A stretch of 48,514 nucleotides of DNA from a virus (Duplodnaviria; Caudoviricetes). The notes under the pieces are model-generated. The model was given only the letters and a program-made list of their open reading frames with translations. It searched no databases and was not told the DNA's origin. Each line of letters starts with the position of its first letter. Position 1 is the first letter of the stretch. The translations under genes and the position numbers were made by a program. The DNA lies in IMG/VR virus record IMGVR_UViG_3300020235_000035, positions 1 to 48,514 of that record, one strand, 5' to 3'. Below, piece after piece: positions 25,699-35,600 of this stretch.

Positions 25699-26055
25699 AT
25701 GATACAAAATAAAGTAATAGGAGTGTTGACTAAGATCAACGAAACCGAGCATATATCCATAAGGGACGGTAAGACGCTAGACAAAAAGACTTGTTTAGTA
25801 AAGACCGATGAACAGTACCCCCAAGAGATTGAGATCGAATTTACGGGAAACAAAGAACATATGCTAAATCAGTTCGCTGAGGGTATGGAAGTGCTTATCA
25901 ATGTGAATATAAAGTGCCGATCCTGGGAGAATCCACAAGGAATTACTAAGCACTTCGTTTCTTTATCTGGTTGGAAGATAGAAACTCATGGAAGTAATGA
26001 GGACAAGCCAGATTTACCAGCGACAACAGAACAGGATGATTTACCATTTTCCTAA
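25699..26055 (+). CDS. DUF3127-family SSB-like protein
   Basis: EQYPQ.I..EF, R.W, F.SL.GWKI, acidic DDLPF tail. Confidence 0.85.
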   Translation: MIQNKVIGVLTKINETEHISIRDGKTLDKKTCLVKTDEQYPQEIEIEFTGNKEHMLNQFAEGMEVLINVNIKCRSWENPQGITKHFVSLSGWKIETHGSNEDKPDLPATTEQDDLPFS

Positions 26056-26067
26056 TATAAAACGACC

Positions 26068-26412
26068 ATGAATAAAGAGACTGTAAAATCATTCCTGTTA
26101 ATGATAATAGAACAGGAGGGTACTATAAAGAGAAAGGATTTACTTTCTAAGTTAAGGCGCGAGGTAAGTTTTAGCGATCACACTATATCTGATCGGAAAA
26201 TGAGGCTGTTTATAATGGAGCTTATTAAGGATGGACACCCTATAATGTCAAGTGAAAAAGGGTATTCACTTATAAGGAACGAAAACGATTTGACCTCTGC
26301 TATTTCTTATCTAAAGGTCAAGGCAAAGAGTATTTCAGTAAGGGCAAATATGTTAATTAGGAACTTCAACAAGCGAAACAACACTTCGTATCAATACGCG
26401 CTAGAGCTATGA
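26068..26412 (+). CDS. Winged-HTH-like protein
   Basis: SDRKMR..I.ELIKDGHPI.S...GY. Confidence 0.6.
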   Translation: MNKETVKSFLLMIIEQEGTIKRKDLLSKLRREVSFSDHTISDRKMRLFIMELIKDGHPIMSSEKGYSLIRNENDLTSAISYLKVKAKSISVRANMLIRNFNKRNNTSYQYALEL

Positions 26413-26981
26413 GAGAGATAACAATAAATGTACCTGACGGAGTTTCAGGGAATTGGGCGGTACAATCTTTTATCGTATCAGAAGAAGATGCAAAAATAAC
26501 TAGACTTAGGGCTATATTTCAAGGAGGGCGTGGTTCTGTTCCTGTTGGTAATTACAAATATCTTAAAAGAAACGGACAAACGATAATGTCAAACACTCCC
26601 GATGAAATAAGGGATTTTGGGAGTTTCATTAAAATAGCTAAGGGTTCTGTTTTGATAAATGGTTTAGGGATTGGCGTTGTCTTAAAAGCGATACTTGAAA
26701 AACAGGAAGTAACAAAGGTGATTGTAATTGAAAAATCAAGAGACGTTATTAAATTATCAGCACCAACCTATGAAAAAGATGAGAGGGTTACTATAATTAA
26801 CGCAGATGCTTTTGAATATCAACCACCCAAAGGAGAGCGATATGATTGTGTATGGCATGACATCTGGGATGTGATATGTTCAGATAACCTTGAAGGTATG
26901 AAAACTCTTCACCGGAAATATGGTAGAATATGTGATTATCAGGAAAGCTGGTGCAGAGATAGATGTAAAGACCTCCTATGA
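26409..26981 (+). CDS. Class I SAM-dependent methyltransferase (spermidine synthase-like fold)
   Basis: MSNTP.E, GSVLINGLGIG, VIEKS.DVI, DAF, YD.VWHDIW. Confidence 0.8.
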   Translation: MREITINVPDGVSGNWAVQSFIVSEEDAKITRLRAIFQGGRGSVPVGNYKYLKRNGQTIMSNTPDEIRDFGSFIKIAKGSVLINGLGIGVVLKAILEKQEVTKVIVIEKSRDVIKLSAPTYEKDERVTIINADAFEYQPPKGERYDCVWHDIWDVICSDNLEGMKTLHRKYGRICDYQESWCRDRCKDLL

Positions 26982-27202
26982 TATTACCACACCCATACAC
27001 ACCTAAATACAACTTCTGTACTGTTTGCGGTAAGGAAACTAATGAAGAAGCGTGTCCAGGTTCTTGTTCTGTAAAACTAACAGCATTACGCAACGCAGTA
27101 GAGAATCAGATAGTAACGGATAAGGCGCATGGTAAGGGTGGTTTATGGAATGACATATCTATCCGTAAGTACAATGAGTTAATGAATATACTTGACAAAT
27201 GA
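26978..27202 (+). CDS. Hypothetical zinc-finger protein
   Basis: CTVCG...CPGSC. Confidence 0.5.
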   Translation: MILPHPYTPKYNFCTVCGKETNEEACPGSCSVKLTALRNAVENQIVTDKAHGKGGLWNDISIRKYNELMNILDK

Positions 27203-27609
27203 GATACGAATTTTCTAAGACCTACGACCAGAACAAGGCAAAGGAGTACTTGAACAAGCTAATTAAAGACGGTTCTAAGTGCGAGGTAAAGAAGATACAC
27301 CCAAAGCGAAGTTTAGACGCAAATCGTTACGTCCATGTTTTATTTAGAATCTGGGGCAAGCATTTCGGATATTACATGGATGAAGCCAAACAGACTGTAA
27401 AACACGCTCTGGAGTACTACACTATCAACGATAAGGGTGCTACGATCTACGCTGAGACATCCAAAATGGATAGTGCTGAGTTGGCTACGTTTACTGAGGC
27501 TTTCAGGGATTGGAGTGCTATGAATGGATGTTACCTATGTTCATCGGAGGAGTTCCTAGAAGAACAGATTTACTTTGAAAACCTTATAGAAAAACGGAAT
27601 TTAACCTAA
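27199..27609 (+). CDS. NinB-like recombination protein
   Basis: KRSL.AN.Y.H, ETSKM...E...F.E. Confidence 0.65.
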   Translation: MRYEFSKTYDQNKAKEYLNKLIKDGSKCEVKKIHPKRSLDANRYVHVLFRIWGKHFGYYMDEAKQTVKHALEYYTINDKGATIYAETSKMDSAELATFTEAFRDWSAMNGCYLCSSEEFLEEQIYFENLIEKRNLT

Positions 27610-27775
27610 CAAACAATTTAACAAAATATACTATGTGCGTAGATACAGGGAAAACAATTTATAAGTGTAGAAATTGTGGTGAATTGTTTTATGGTAGCTC
27701 AATTTCAAGTTATGAAGCTATATACACCAATTTTATCAGTTTAATGACTCGTGGCGAAACATGGCAAGTGCATAA

Positions 27776-28069
27776 AGGATTTGGAAACGCCTAAAAGCCA
27801 AGACTAAGCGACGAAGAAAGTACAGAAAATGCTTATTTTGTGGAAGCAAGAAAGTTGAATTACATCATACTACCTACAAATGGATTTATACCAAAAAAGA
27901 ATTGATTGCTATTATACCACTTTGTCGGGAACACCATCAAGAGGTACACGATTTCGCACAGAAAGAACAGATTTCAGTAAGGCTTGCAAGTAACGCAATG
28001 ATTAGGAAATACAAGAAAATAAAGGTAATGGCGCAGTTATCGGTAACAAGTATTTGCGGTAATCCGTAA
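27776..28069 (+). pseudogene. HNH-like ORF lacking a canonical start, with its 3' end interrupted by the IS1595 element
   Basis: Frame reads KCLFCGSKKVELHHTTY...PLCREHHQEVH; in-frame TAA at 27773-27775; TSD lies in its last codons. Confidence 0.6.
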
Positions 28070-28149
28070 TCTTTTATGCAACATTCTAACTGACATAACG
28101 TATATTTGGCATATACAAAGGTAACAAACAAATACTAAAGTCCTACAAA

Positions 28150-28353
28150 ATGAAAACTACTAAAGCAGCCGCACTCTCAATGTTAAAAGCATACTTCAGA
28201 CATTCTCAATACAAAATTAATCTAGGGAATATGACAGAAGGTCAAGACCTTACATACCCTCAAGTGGTTGGAGAGATTAACACTTGTACTCAAAACATGG
28301 AGGCAATAGCAGAGAAACTGAACAATTATAACCTTAACGGATTTGTAATTTAA
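28150..28353 (+). CDS. IS1595 passenger, hypothetical
   Basis: 67 aa, downstream of TATATTTG box at 28101-28108. Confidence 0.55.
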   Translation: MKTTKAAALSMLKAYFRHSQYKINLGNMTEGQDLTYPQVVGEINTCTQNMEAIAEKLNNYNLNGFVI

Positions 28354-28358
28354 TAGAT

Positions 28359-28706
28359 ATGAACTCAACTACTAAAATAACCAAAAGGACTTTCAGGGAT
28401 AAGAAGGGCAACCTTATAGGGTGGATGAAGATGACAGAGGAAAAAGACTTCTCTGGATATTATGAAGAAGCGGAGTTTAAGAATATTACAAAGGGGCAAT
28501 TACTCTACTTTCTATTAGAGGTTAAGGTAAAGGAATTGAAAGACGGAAGCAAGACTAGAGATTATTTGAAGACTCTAAAGAAGATGGATAAAACAGAAAT
28601 GATTTATAGGGCTATGTGTACTAAAATATCTTTTGATGGAGTAGAAGAACCAGTGATAGCCTATAACGAACAAGAAATGGTAAACCATATCAGAAAAAAC
28701 TATTAA
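28359..28706 (+). CDS. IS1595 passenger, hypothetical
   Basis: 115 aa, coupled to the transposase. Confidence 0.55.
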   Translation: MNSTTKITKRTFRDKKGNLIGWMKMTEEKDFSGYYEEAEFKNITKGQLLYFLLEVKVKELKDGSKTRDYLKTLKKMDKTEMIYRAMCTKISFDGVEEPVIAYNEQEMVNHIRKNY

Positions 28707-28707
28707 T

Positions 28708-29601
28708 ATGAACATCGTCCAGATATACAAGAAATTTCCAGACCAAGAGGCTTGCATTAAACACTTAGAGCAGGTACGATGGGGCGGTGTCCCTACCTGC
28801 CCTTACTGCACCAGTACTAAAGCTACTCCAGTACCAAAGGAGAGCCGATACCACTGTTACTCTTGTAGAACTTCATTCAGTGTAACGGTTGGAACTGTGT
28901 TCCATAAGACTCACATGGACTTCCAGTTATGGTTTCTGATGATGTCATTAATGATGAACGCACTAAAGAGCCTCAGTGGTCGTCAAATGGCACGTGATCT
29001 TGGAATAGCTAGAAACACCGCACTCTTGAATATGAGAAAGCTACGCAAGGCTATGATTGAACACGAATGGATGGGTGGTATAGTTGAAGTAGACGAAACC
29101 TACATTGGTGGTAAGGAGAAAAACAAGCATTCTAATAAGAGAAGCGGACACGCACAAGGTGGAAGCGGTAAAACTGCAATCATAGGGTTGTTAGAGCGTG
29201 GTAAGGAAGTAAAAGCGAAAGTAGTTCCAAGTACCCATGCAAAGGAATTACTTCCCATTGTATTAAAGAATCTTCCACCAAATACAATCTTAATGACGGA
29301 TCAAAACTATACATACCGACGTCTGAAAGGATACTATAAGCACTTCGTAGTGAATCATGGAATTGGTGAGTATGTGCGCAATGGAAATATCCATACGAAC
29401 TCAATAGAGGGGTTCTGGAGCTTGTTTAAGAGATCAATCATTGGAGTATATCATTACGTGTCTCCAAAGCACCTACAGAAGTATGTAGATGAAATGAGTT
29501 TTAGATACAATACCCGTACCTTTGGAGAAGGTGCAAGGGTGAACCAATTACTCCTAAATAGCGGACACCGTTTAACCTATAATGAATTGATTAAAAACTA
29601 G
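28708..29601 (+). CDS. IS1595-family transposase
   Basis: CPYC...C..C zinc ribbon, VEVDETYIGG, MTD, VNH, HTNSIEGFWS, FRYN. Confidence 0.95.
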   Translation: MNIVQIYKKFPDQEACIKHLEQVRWGGVPTCPYCTSTKATPVPKESRYHCYSCRTSFSVTVGTVFHKTHMDFQLWFLMMSLMMNALKSLSGRQMARDLGIARNTALLNMRKLRKAMIEHEWMGGIVEVDETYIGGKEKNKHSNKRSGHAQGGSGKTAIIGLLERGKEVKAKVVPSTHAKELLPIVLKNLPPNTILMTDQNYTYRRLKGYYKHFVVNHGIGEYVRNGNIHTNSIEGFWSLFKRSIIGVYHYVSPKHLQKYVDEMSFRYNTRTFGEGARVNQLLLNSGHRLTYNELIKN

Positions 29602-29605
29602 AATC

Positions 29606-30664
29606 ATGGCACCTGAAAAAAATTCCATAATACAATATGAAGGCAATCAGATTAGTCTGTTTTCAGATGAAAGGAACGACTATATCAACTTGACAGATAT
29701 GGCCAATGCTCAGAAAAGAAGGAAGTCTATTACAGCTTGGTTAAAAAACAAACAGACATTAGACTTTCTGAATGTTTGGGAAAAGAAACATAATCCAAAT
29801 TATGATGGCACCCATTTAGGTGCCATCAAGAAGGTAGCAAGTAATCCATCCACAACATTATCGATAAAATATTGGATAGAAAAAACGAATGCGAATGGAA
29901 TATTTACCAGAAGCGGTGGATATGGTGGAACATATGCTCACTTGGATATTGCAATTAAGTTTGCCGGATGGTTAAGTCCTGAGTTTGAATTGTATCTCAT
30001 TGAAGAAATTCAGCGATTAAAGGAATTTGAAAAGAAAAAATACTCTCTCGAATTACTTAGCCACGACCAAATAATATACCTAGTTCGTTTAAAGGAAGTT
30101 TTTAAATATGTTGCCCATCAGGAAATAATGGAAAGTGCGCATAAAGATGTATTTGTAGCCAGAAGTGGGACTAAAAACCCTTTTGCAGAATTTAACAACT
30201 GGAGAAACGAGATTCTGGACATAGCCCCCAAAATTATCAATAAAAGAATAAAGCAATACTGTATTGATAATAATATTGCACTCACAAAAAAGCTACTCAA
30301 TAAACCCAAAAGAGAAAAAATAATAATTCTGGATAGTTACGATTCGGTTAGAAACGCTACTTGGGATTTTTTAGAAATGAAAGGTGAAGTACAAGCATTG
30401 AATCTAGCCAATCTAGTTAGGGACATGATAAAAACTGAAAAAGGAGAGGTGTTAAGAGCAAATGAAGATGATCTATTTCAGAGTAAGCAGAATTTGGGCG
30501 AATACACTGACTTTAATAAGAAAATTGCAGAATTGCCATTGGTAAAAAGTGCCAGACAATTGATTGCATATAGAAAGCAGATAGCCTCAGATAATAACAA
30601 CCCTTCTAAATTCAATAAGAGCCTAAAGCAAGCTCTTGACTACAACCCTAACGAGGATAAGTGA
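29606..30664 (+). CDS. KilA-N domain protein
   Basis: DYINLTDMA, W.K.K.TLDFL..WEK..NP, GGYGGTYAH.DIA.KFA.WLSPEF.LYLI.E.QRLK. Confidence 0.9.
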   Translation: MAPEKNSIIQYEGNQISLFSDERNDYINLTDMANAQKRRKSITAWLKNKQTLDFLNVWEKKHNPNYDGTHLGAIKKVASNPSTTLSIKYWIEKTNANGIFTRSGGYGGTYAHLDIAIKFAGWLSPEFELYLIEEIQRLKEFEKKKYSLELLSHDQIIYLVRLKEVFKYVAHQEIMESAHKDVFVARSGTKNPFAEFNNWRNEILDIAPKIINKRIKQYCIDNNIALTKKLLNKPKREKIIILDSYDSVRNATWDFLEMKGEVQALNLANLVRDMIKTEKGEVLRANEDDLFQSKQNLGEYTDFNKKIAELPLVKSARQLIAYRKQIASDNNNPSKFNKSLKQALDYNPNEDK

Positions 30665-30834
30665 GAATAAGTAAACGAACCGTCAAGATCATTGTATGGG
30701 GCAGTATTGCCGTGTATTCATCAGTAATCTTCATGATGCATAAGGGCACTGAACCATTGCACTGGGCTATTGGAGTAGGACTGATCATTGCAATTTCAAT
30801 TTATGATCGAAGAAAAGAGAAAAGCGATAAATAG
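30661..30834 (+). CDS. Small two-TM protein (57 aa)
   Basis: Manual translation from GTG: ...IIVWGSIAVYSSVIFMM...WAIGVGLIIAISIY... Confidence 0.45.
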   Translation: MRISKRTVKIIVWGSIAVYSSVIFMMHKGTEPLHWAIGVGLIIAISIYDRRKEKSDK

Positions 30835-31319
30835 GGCGGAATTTGGTGTAAACTTGTATATAGTTACCATAATATAATGATTGTAGCCCTGACCAGTTGC
30901 GGATTTAAAAACATAACTTTATATAAGTACCCTAAGTCTAACCCTGATTATGGATATTTCCTTGAGGCGGATGGTTTTTCTAATTGGATTGGATACACTA
31001 AAAAAGAGTGCTTGATTTCAGCATGAATGGAAGAATAGGGGAAACTCCTGCTCAATCTGAATGGTTCAGAATTGTAAGAATTTACAGAAACAGATATGAG
31101 AAGGAGTACGCATGGTGGGAATATTTAATGAAATTTTACTTTCCACCAACACGAATTAAATAAAAACTAGGAATATGACAAAGAAAAAAATATCCGAGGA
31201 CTTAATCGTAAAAATACACGAAGCAGACTTAATTCAATTAGTTGAGGATGCAACAGGATGGGATTGGGGCGATTCTGCCGATTGGTTGGAGGAAAGAGGA
31301 TTACTCACAACCTAATAAA

Positions 31320-31490
31320 ATGACCGATACAGAAATAAAAGAAGGTCTAGCAGAACTCAAAGAGTTAAGCAAGGAATTGGACGTGATGGAATCCAAGATG
31401 GACAAGAAAGTAGGTATGCCCAAACACATAACCAAAATTGAGGACAAGATTAAATACATGAAAGAACATGAGCAAAGTACTAAAAGCTGA
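31320..31490 (+). CDS. Small coiled-coil passenger protein
   Basis: MTDTEIKEGLAELKELSKELD...; A-rich start. Confidence 0.45.
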   Translation: MTDTEIKEGLAELKELSKELDVMESKMDKKVGMPKHITKIEDKIKYMKEHEQSTKS

Positions 31491-32346
31491 ATACGGAGGT
31501 GATAAGCCTCTGAAATTAGGAGAGTTTGAAATACCCTGCTATGTACTCGAAAACGAGAAACGCATACTGGTACGAATCCAAATGATGAAGGCGTTAGGTA
31601 TGGCTGGAGGTGGCGGAAAAGCTGGTTCGCATCGGTTGGTGCAATTTGTAGCTGCAAAGTCAATTAAGCCCTTCGTTTCCAAAGAGTTAGCGGATCGCAT
31701 CAACAACCCTATTAAGTTCGTTCCCCTGAATGGAGGTATTGCCTATGGATATGAAGCTACCATACTGGCAGATATATGCGATGTGGTACTAGCAGCACGA
31801 CAAGCACAGACATTAATGCCTCAACAGCAACACATCGCCACTCAGTGCGAAGAACTAATGCGGGGATTTGCTATGGTGGGAATTAACGCCCTTGTGGATG
31901 AGGCAACGGGTTATCAGGAGGTAAGAAGTCGGGATGCCCTGCACCAGATGCTAGAGGCTTATATCAGTAAAAAACTGTTAGGATGGGCTAAGACATTCCC
32001 AGATGAGTTCTACAAAGAGATATTCAGGCTAAAGGGATGGGATTACTACCAGACCCAGAAAAAACCGTTACTCGTAGGGAAGCTAACCAATACCATTGTA
32101 TATGAAAAACTCCCTAAGGGCGTACTGGTTGAGCTTCGCAAGAAAAACCCAAAGGATGCAAAGGGAAGGCGCAAACAGAAGCTATTTCAATGGCTCACAG
32201 ATGATTTAGGCAACCCTCACCTTAAAGCCCATTTGCAGCAGGTAATAGTGCTTATGAGAATATCGGCTAACTGGAACAAGTTTATGAGCCATTTAAACAG
32301 AGCGTTCCCAGAGGGGCAAACAGAATTAGACTTAGATGAAGATTAA
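31468..32346 (+). CDS. P63C domain protein
   Basis: IPCYVLE...R, GYEATIL.DIC, A.VGI.ALVDEATGYQ, W.KTFPDEFY.EIFRL.GW, QWLT.D.G.P.L. Confidence 0.9.
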   Translation: MSKVLKAEYGGDKPLKLGEFEIPCYVLENEKRILVRIQMMKALGMAGGGGKAGSHRLVQFVAAKSIKPFVSKELADRINNPIKFVPLNGGIAYGYEATILADICDVVLAARQAQTLMPQQQHIATQCEELMRGFAMVGINALVDEATGYQEVRSRDALHQMLEAYISKKLLGWAKTFPDEFYKEIFRLKGWDYYQTQKKPLLVGKLTNTIVYEKLPKGVLVELRKKNPKDAKGRRKQKLFQWLTDDLGNPHLKAHLQQVIVLMRISANWNKFMSHLNRAFPEGQTELDLDED

Positions 32347-32420
32347 TAAAAACAAGTTACCGATAACTGCGCCATTACCAAAATAAACGACAAGGGAAGA
32401 ACTGTTTAATAAGTAAGGAA

Positions 32421-33011
32421 ATGGAAAGCTCGTTTAATATATTTTGGAATAAATTTGACAATAAGAAGTCAAGGGATAAGTCTGAAAGGAAGTGGAACAC
32501 CATGTCTGCTAAAGATCAGATAAGTTGTATGGATTCCCTACCTGAGTACATCAGGTCAACACCAGACAGGCAGTACAGGAAGCATCCAATCACATACCTA
32601 AACCAGAAGTGTTGGAACGATAAAATATACTCAAAGGGGGAGGAAAATATCACTTACTCCGAACCCAACCAACCGACTTTCAGCACCTACCAACCAAAGG
32701 AATTCGACAGGGCCACAGGAATAGCCCATCTAAGGGATAAGCTAAAGTCCAACTTCGAAAACGGAGGGAGAATACTTGATTACGGTGATGTCTATACCAC
32801 TCTGTTAAAAGACTATATCCAAATCCCTGGCAATATAGCGGTACAACTCCACCAGGACGCAGTTACAGAGGCTACGCGACCCCGTAATAGGTTTGAGGAT
32901 AAATATACCGGAAACGTAACTTCTGATGTTAGGGATAGTCGTTTAAACTGGCAACTTTCTAAGTGGAGGAAGGAGAAACGAGCAATTTATTTAGAAGTAT
33001 GGAGAAGTTAA
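32421..33011 (+). CDS. Replication-initiator-like protein
   Basis: FNIFW..FD.K..R.K....W, YRKHPITYLNQKCWND. Confidence 0.6.
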   Translation: MESSFNIFWNKFDNKKSRDKSERKWNTMSAKDQISCMDSLPEYIRSTPDRQYRKHPITYLNQKCWNDKIYSKGEENITYSEPNQPTFSTYQPKEFDRATGIAHLRDKLKSNFENGGRILDYGDVYTTLLKDYIQIPGNIAVQLHQDAVTEATRPRNRFEDKYTGNVTSDVRDSRLNWQLSKWRKEKRAIYLEVWRS

Positions 33012-33634
33012 AGGTAATAGAATTATTTGCAGGAAGTAGATCTATAGGGAAAGCCTGTGATGAACTAGGCTATGAATGTTTTTCCGTAGATATAAATCAA
33101 TTCGGATCGATCGATCTTGTTAAGGATATTGAATTTCTTACGCCTGAAGATATACCATTTATACCTGATATTATATGGGCTAGTGTTCCATGCACAACAT
33201 ATTCTCTTGCAGCCATATCTCACCATAGGAATATGGATAGAAGTCCTAAGACAGAACTAGCAGCTAAAAGCGATAGGTTAGTTAAGAACACCATTAAATT
33301 ATTAAAATATTGGAACAAGGCTAAATTCTACATCGAGAATCCGAGAGCTACCCTTAGGAAGATGCCTTTTATGTCATGGATACCCTTAGAGACGGTTTGG
33401 TATTGTAGATATGGAGATATGAGAGCAAAGCCTACTGATATATTCAGCAATAACATAAGATCACTATACAATGAATCAGGATGGCAGCCACGCCCACAAT
33501 GTTTTAATAACAACCCTCATTGTAAACATGAAAGAGCACCCAGGGGAAGTAAAACGGGTACACAAGGGCTAAAAAATGATTATGAACGCTCTAAAATACC
33601 TCATGAGCTTTGTTTAGAAATATTACAAGCATAA
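32999..33634 (+). CDS. DNA cytosine methyltransferase-like protein
   Basis: VIELFAG, IIWASVPC, FYIENP, KPTDI, RSKIP.EL. Confidence 0.8.
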   Translation: MEKLKVIELFAGSRSIGKACDELGYECFSVDINQFGSIDLVKDIEFLTPEDIPFIPDIIWASVPCTTYSLAAISHHRNMDRSPKTELAAKSDRLVKNTIKLLKYWNKAKFYIENPRATLRKMPFMSWIPLETVWYCRYGDMRAKPTDIFSNNIRSLYNESGWQPRPQCFNNNPHCKHERAPRGSKTGTQGLKNDYERSKIPHELCLEILQA

Positions 33635-33815
33635 AAACTTTAATCAAAAACCAAAATCATGAATAGAATACACAACAAACAGACAAATTGCGCTGAGAAT
33701 AAGCAGGGATGTAATATTAAAATATCAAGTCAACCGTCTTTAGAGAGGCTTTTATTAAGATTTTGCGATACGCATACAGAGGTTATCTCTTACACAAGGC
33801 CAGCAATACAGGAGG

Positions 33816-34055
33816 ATGAAAACTGAGAAAACACTATCACCCGAAGCATTGTACAGGGTCAGGGCTAAGAAATACGCATCTAAGGTTAAAGCCCAAATAA
33901 AGAAACAGGGCTTACGCACCGGAGAATTATTGCTGGAATACTGGAAAGCCAGCCCTAGCCCTATGAATATGAAGGAGCTTGACTTAAAGCAAGAGGACAT
34001 TATAGACATTGTTGAAACGGAGATCGCCAAATACAAAGTAAGTCTGCCAACATGA
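33816..34055 (+). CDS. Hypothetical protein
   Basis: 79 aa coupled to ninG. Confidence 0.5.
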   Translation: MKTEKTLSPEALYRVRAKKYASKVKAQIKKQGLRTGELLLEYWKASPSPMNMKELDLKQEDIIDIVETEIAKYKVSLPT

Positions 34056-34618
34056 CTAAGCCCCTAACACGTACTTGCAAGGCTAAGTCCTGCCAACAGA
34101 AGTTCACGCCAAAGAATAGCAATCAAGTGGTTCATTCTTACAAGTGCGGATTAGAGTACACCAAGTACTTACGAGAGCGAAGGGAAAAGAAAGAGGGTGT
34201 TGATAGGCGAAGGAAGATAAAGGTGATGAAGGAAAAGAACAAGACACTATCAGACCACAAAAAAGAACTTCAAGTTCTGGTAAATAGGTTCGTTCAGATT
34301 AGGGATAAAGGTCGCGAATGTGTATCTTGTGGTGTACCAGACACCGGACTAAAAAGGGATGCAAGCCACTTCTGGAGTCAAGGGGGAAACCCTAGTGTTA
34401 GATTCGATTTAGACAATATCTGGGTTGCTTGCGTTCATTGTAACCGCGACCTCCACGGCAACCTGTTAGAGTACCGTCCGAGGCTCATTAAGAGAATAGG
34501 CCAAAAGGCATTCGATGAGTTGGAAACCCGTAGAACCCAGACTCGAAAGTTCGACATACCAGAGATTAAAAACCTTAAACAACTTTTCAAACAGAAGATT
34601 AAACTAGAATCCCTATGA
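34052..34618 (+). CDS. ninG: NinG/Rap-family nuclease
   Basis: N.FV.IRD, CVSCG, DASHF.S.G, RFD.DNI, CVHCN..L.GNL.EYR..LI.RIG. Confidence 0.85.
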   Translation: MTKPLTRTCKAKSCQQKFTPKNSNQVVHSYKCGLEYTKYLRERREKKEGVDRRRKIKVMKEKNKTLSDHKKELQVLVNRFVQIRDKGRECVSCGVPDTGLKRDASHFWSQGGNPSVRFDLDNIWVACVHCNRDLHGNLLEYRPRLIKRIGQKAFDELETRRTQTRKFDIPEIKNLKQLFKQKIKLESL

Positions 34619-34677
34619 CCAAGAACACCTACACCCTACTTTATTTACGGAATGCTAATCGTTTTAACTGAATTGAT

Positions 34678-34923
34678 ATGAAAATAGAAGAAATTATAAC
34701 CGATAAACAACTTGATCATGCGTGGGGCAACGCTAACTTCGGTGATGTTTTAAAGAGAGATATTTTACGGTACACTTTGCTCAAAAAGGCTTGTGGTTAC
34801 GGCTCGGGAAGTACTGCAAGGGCTATTGTAAAAGAATTAGGATTGTTTACCGAAAAGGAGCAATTAAGTAAACGGGGTATGGAATATCTGTATGAATCAT
34901 TCAGTAACGGAGCTAATGTTTAA
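34678..34923 (+). CDS. Conserved phage hypothetical protein
   Basis: WGNANFG, LLK.ACGY..G.TA..I..ELGL. Confidence 0.6.
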   Translation: MKIEEIITDKQLDHAWGNANFGDVLKRDILRYTLLKKACGYGSGSTARAIVKELGLFTEKEQLSKRGMEYLYESFSNGANV

Positions 34924-34954
34924 CCCTCCTACCAACACCAAATAGAAAAAGAGT

Positions 34955-35224
34955 ATGAGTGATAAAAAGCTACCGCCACTAATCCAGAAGCTAGCAGAAG
35001 CTATTGAGAGAAAGGGGCTGGTAATAAAATTCGGATTGGAACAACAAGGACACATACCCACTATTGAGCGAATACTTGATGATATGGGAAGTAATGATTA
35101 TTCATGGAAGAAGATAGGTAAAGAGATTGGATGGTGTCATAAAACAGCCTGTTATCATTATGTACACTATTTGAGAAATATAGCCCCTACCAACAAGAAA
35201 CGAACAATAGATAATCAAAAATAA
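34955..35224 (+). CDS. Hypothetical protein
   Basis: 89 aa; W..IGKEIGW. Confidence 0.55.
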   Translation: MSDKKLPPLIQKLAEAIERKGLVIKFGLEQQGHIPTIERILDDMGSNDYSWKKIGKEIGWCHKTACYHYVHYLRNIAPTNKKRTIDNQK

Positions 35225-35229
35225 ATAAG

Positions 35230-35580
35230 ATGCTTCCAAAAAAAGATTTGATTAGAACAGAAGAGTATTGGATGGTTACTATCCAAAATGAGTTGTTCAG
35301 ACAATTAAGTGATTACATGGAAAGAGAAAACATGAACAGAACTGAGTTGGCAAAGAAACTTGATGTCAGCAAGGGTTATGTTTCACAAGTACTTAGCGGT
35401 GATTGTAATTTTACTTTAAAGAAAATAGTCCAATTATCATTAGCAATAGGGAAAGTGCCTTGTATTAGCTTCATTACACTAGATGCTTATTTAAAACAAG
35501 AAAAAGGAAGATATTGCGAAACTCCTGAAGAATCTAAAACTATAATAGATCAGGATTTTAAAGAGGGAAATTGGCATTAA
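35230..35580 (+). CDS. XRE-family HTH protein
   Basis: MNRTELAKKLDVSKGYVSQVLSGDCNFTL. Confidence 0.85.
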   Translation: MLPKKDLIRTEEYWMVTIQNELFRQLSDYMERENMNRTELAKKLDVSKGYVSQVLSGDCNFTLKKIVQLSLAIGKVPCISFITLDAYLKQEKGRYCETPEESKTIIDQDFKEGNWH

Positions 35581-35600
35581 CACCCCAACACTAACAACTG

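Larger units (their letters stand above)
28024..32379 (+). mobile_element. IS1595-family transporter element with passenger genes
   Basis: Perfect 24-bp TIRs GGTAATGGCGCAGTTATCGGTAAC (28024-28047 / 32356-32379); 8-bp TSD AAAATAAA (28016-28023, 32380-32387). Confidence 0.93.
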
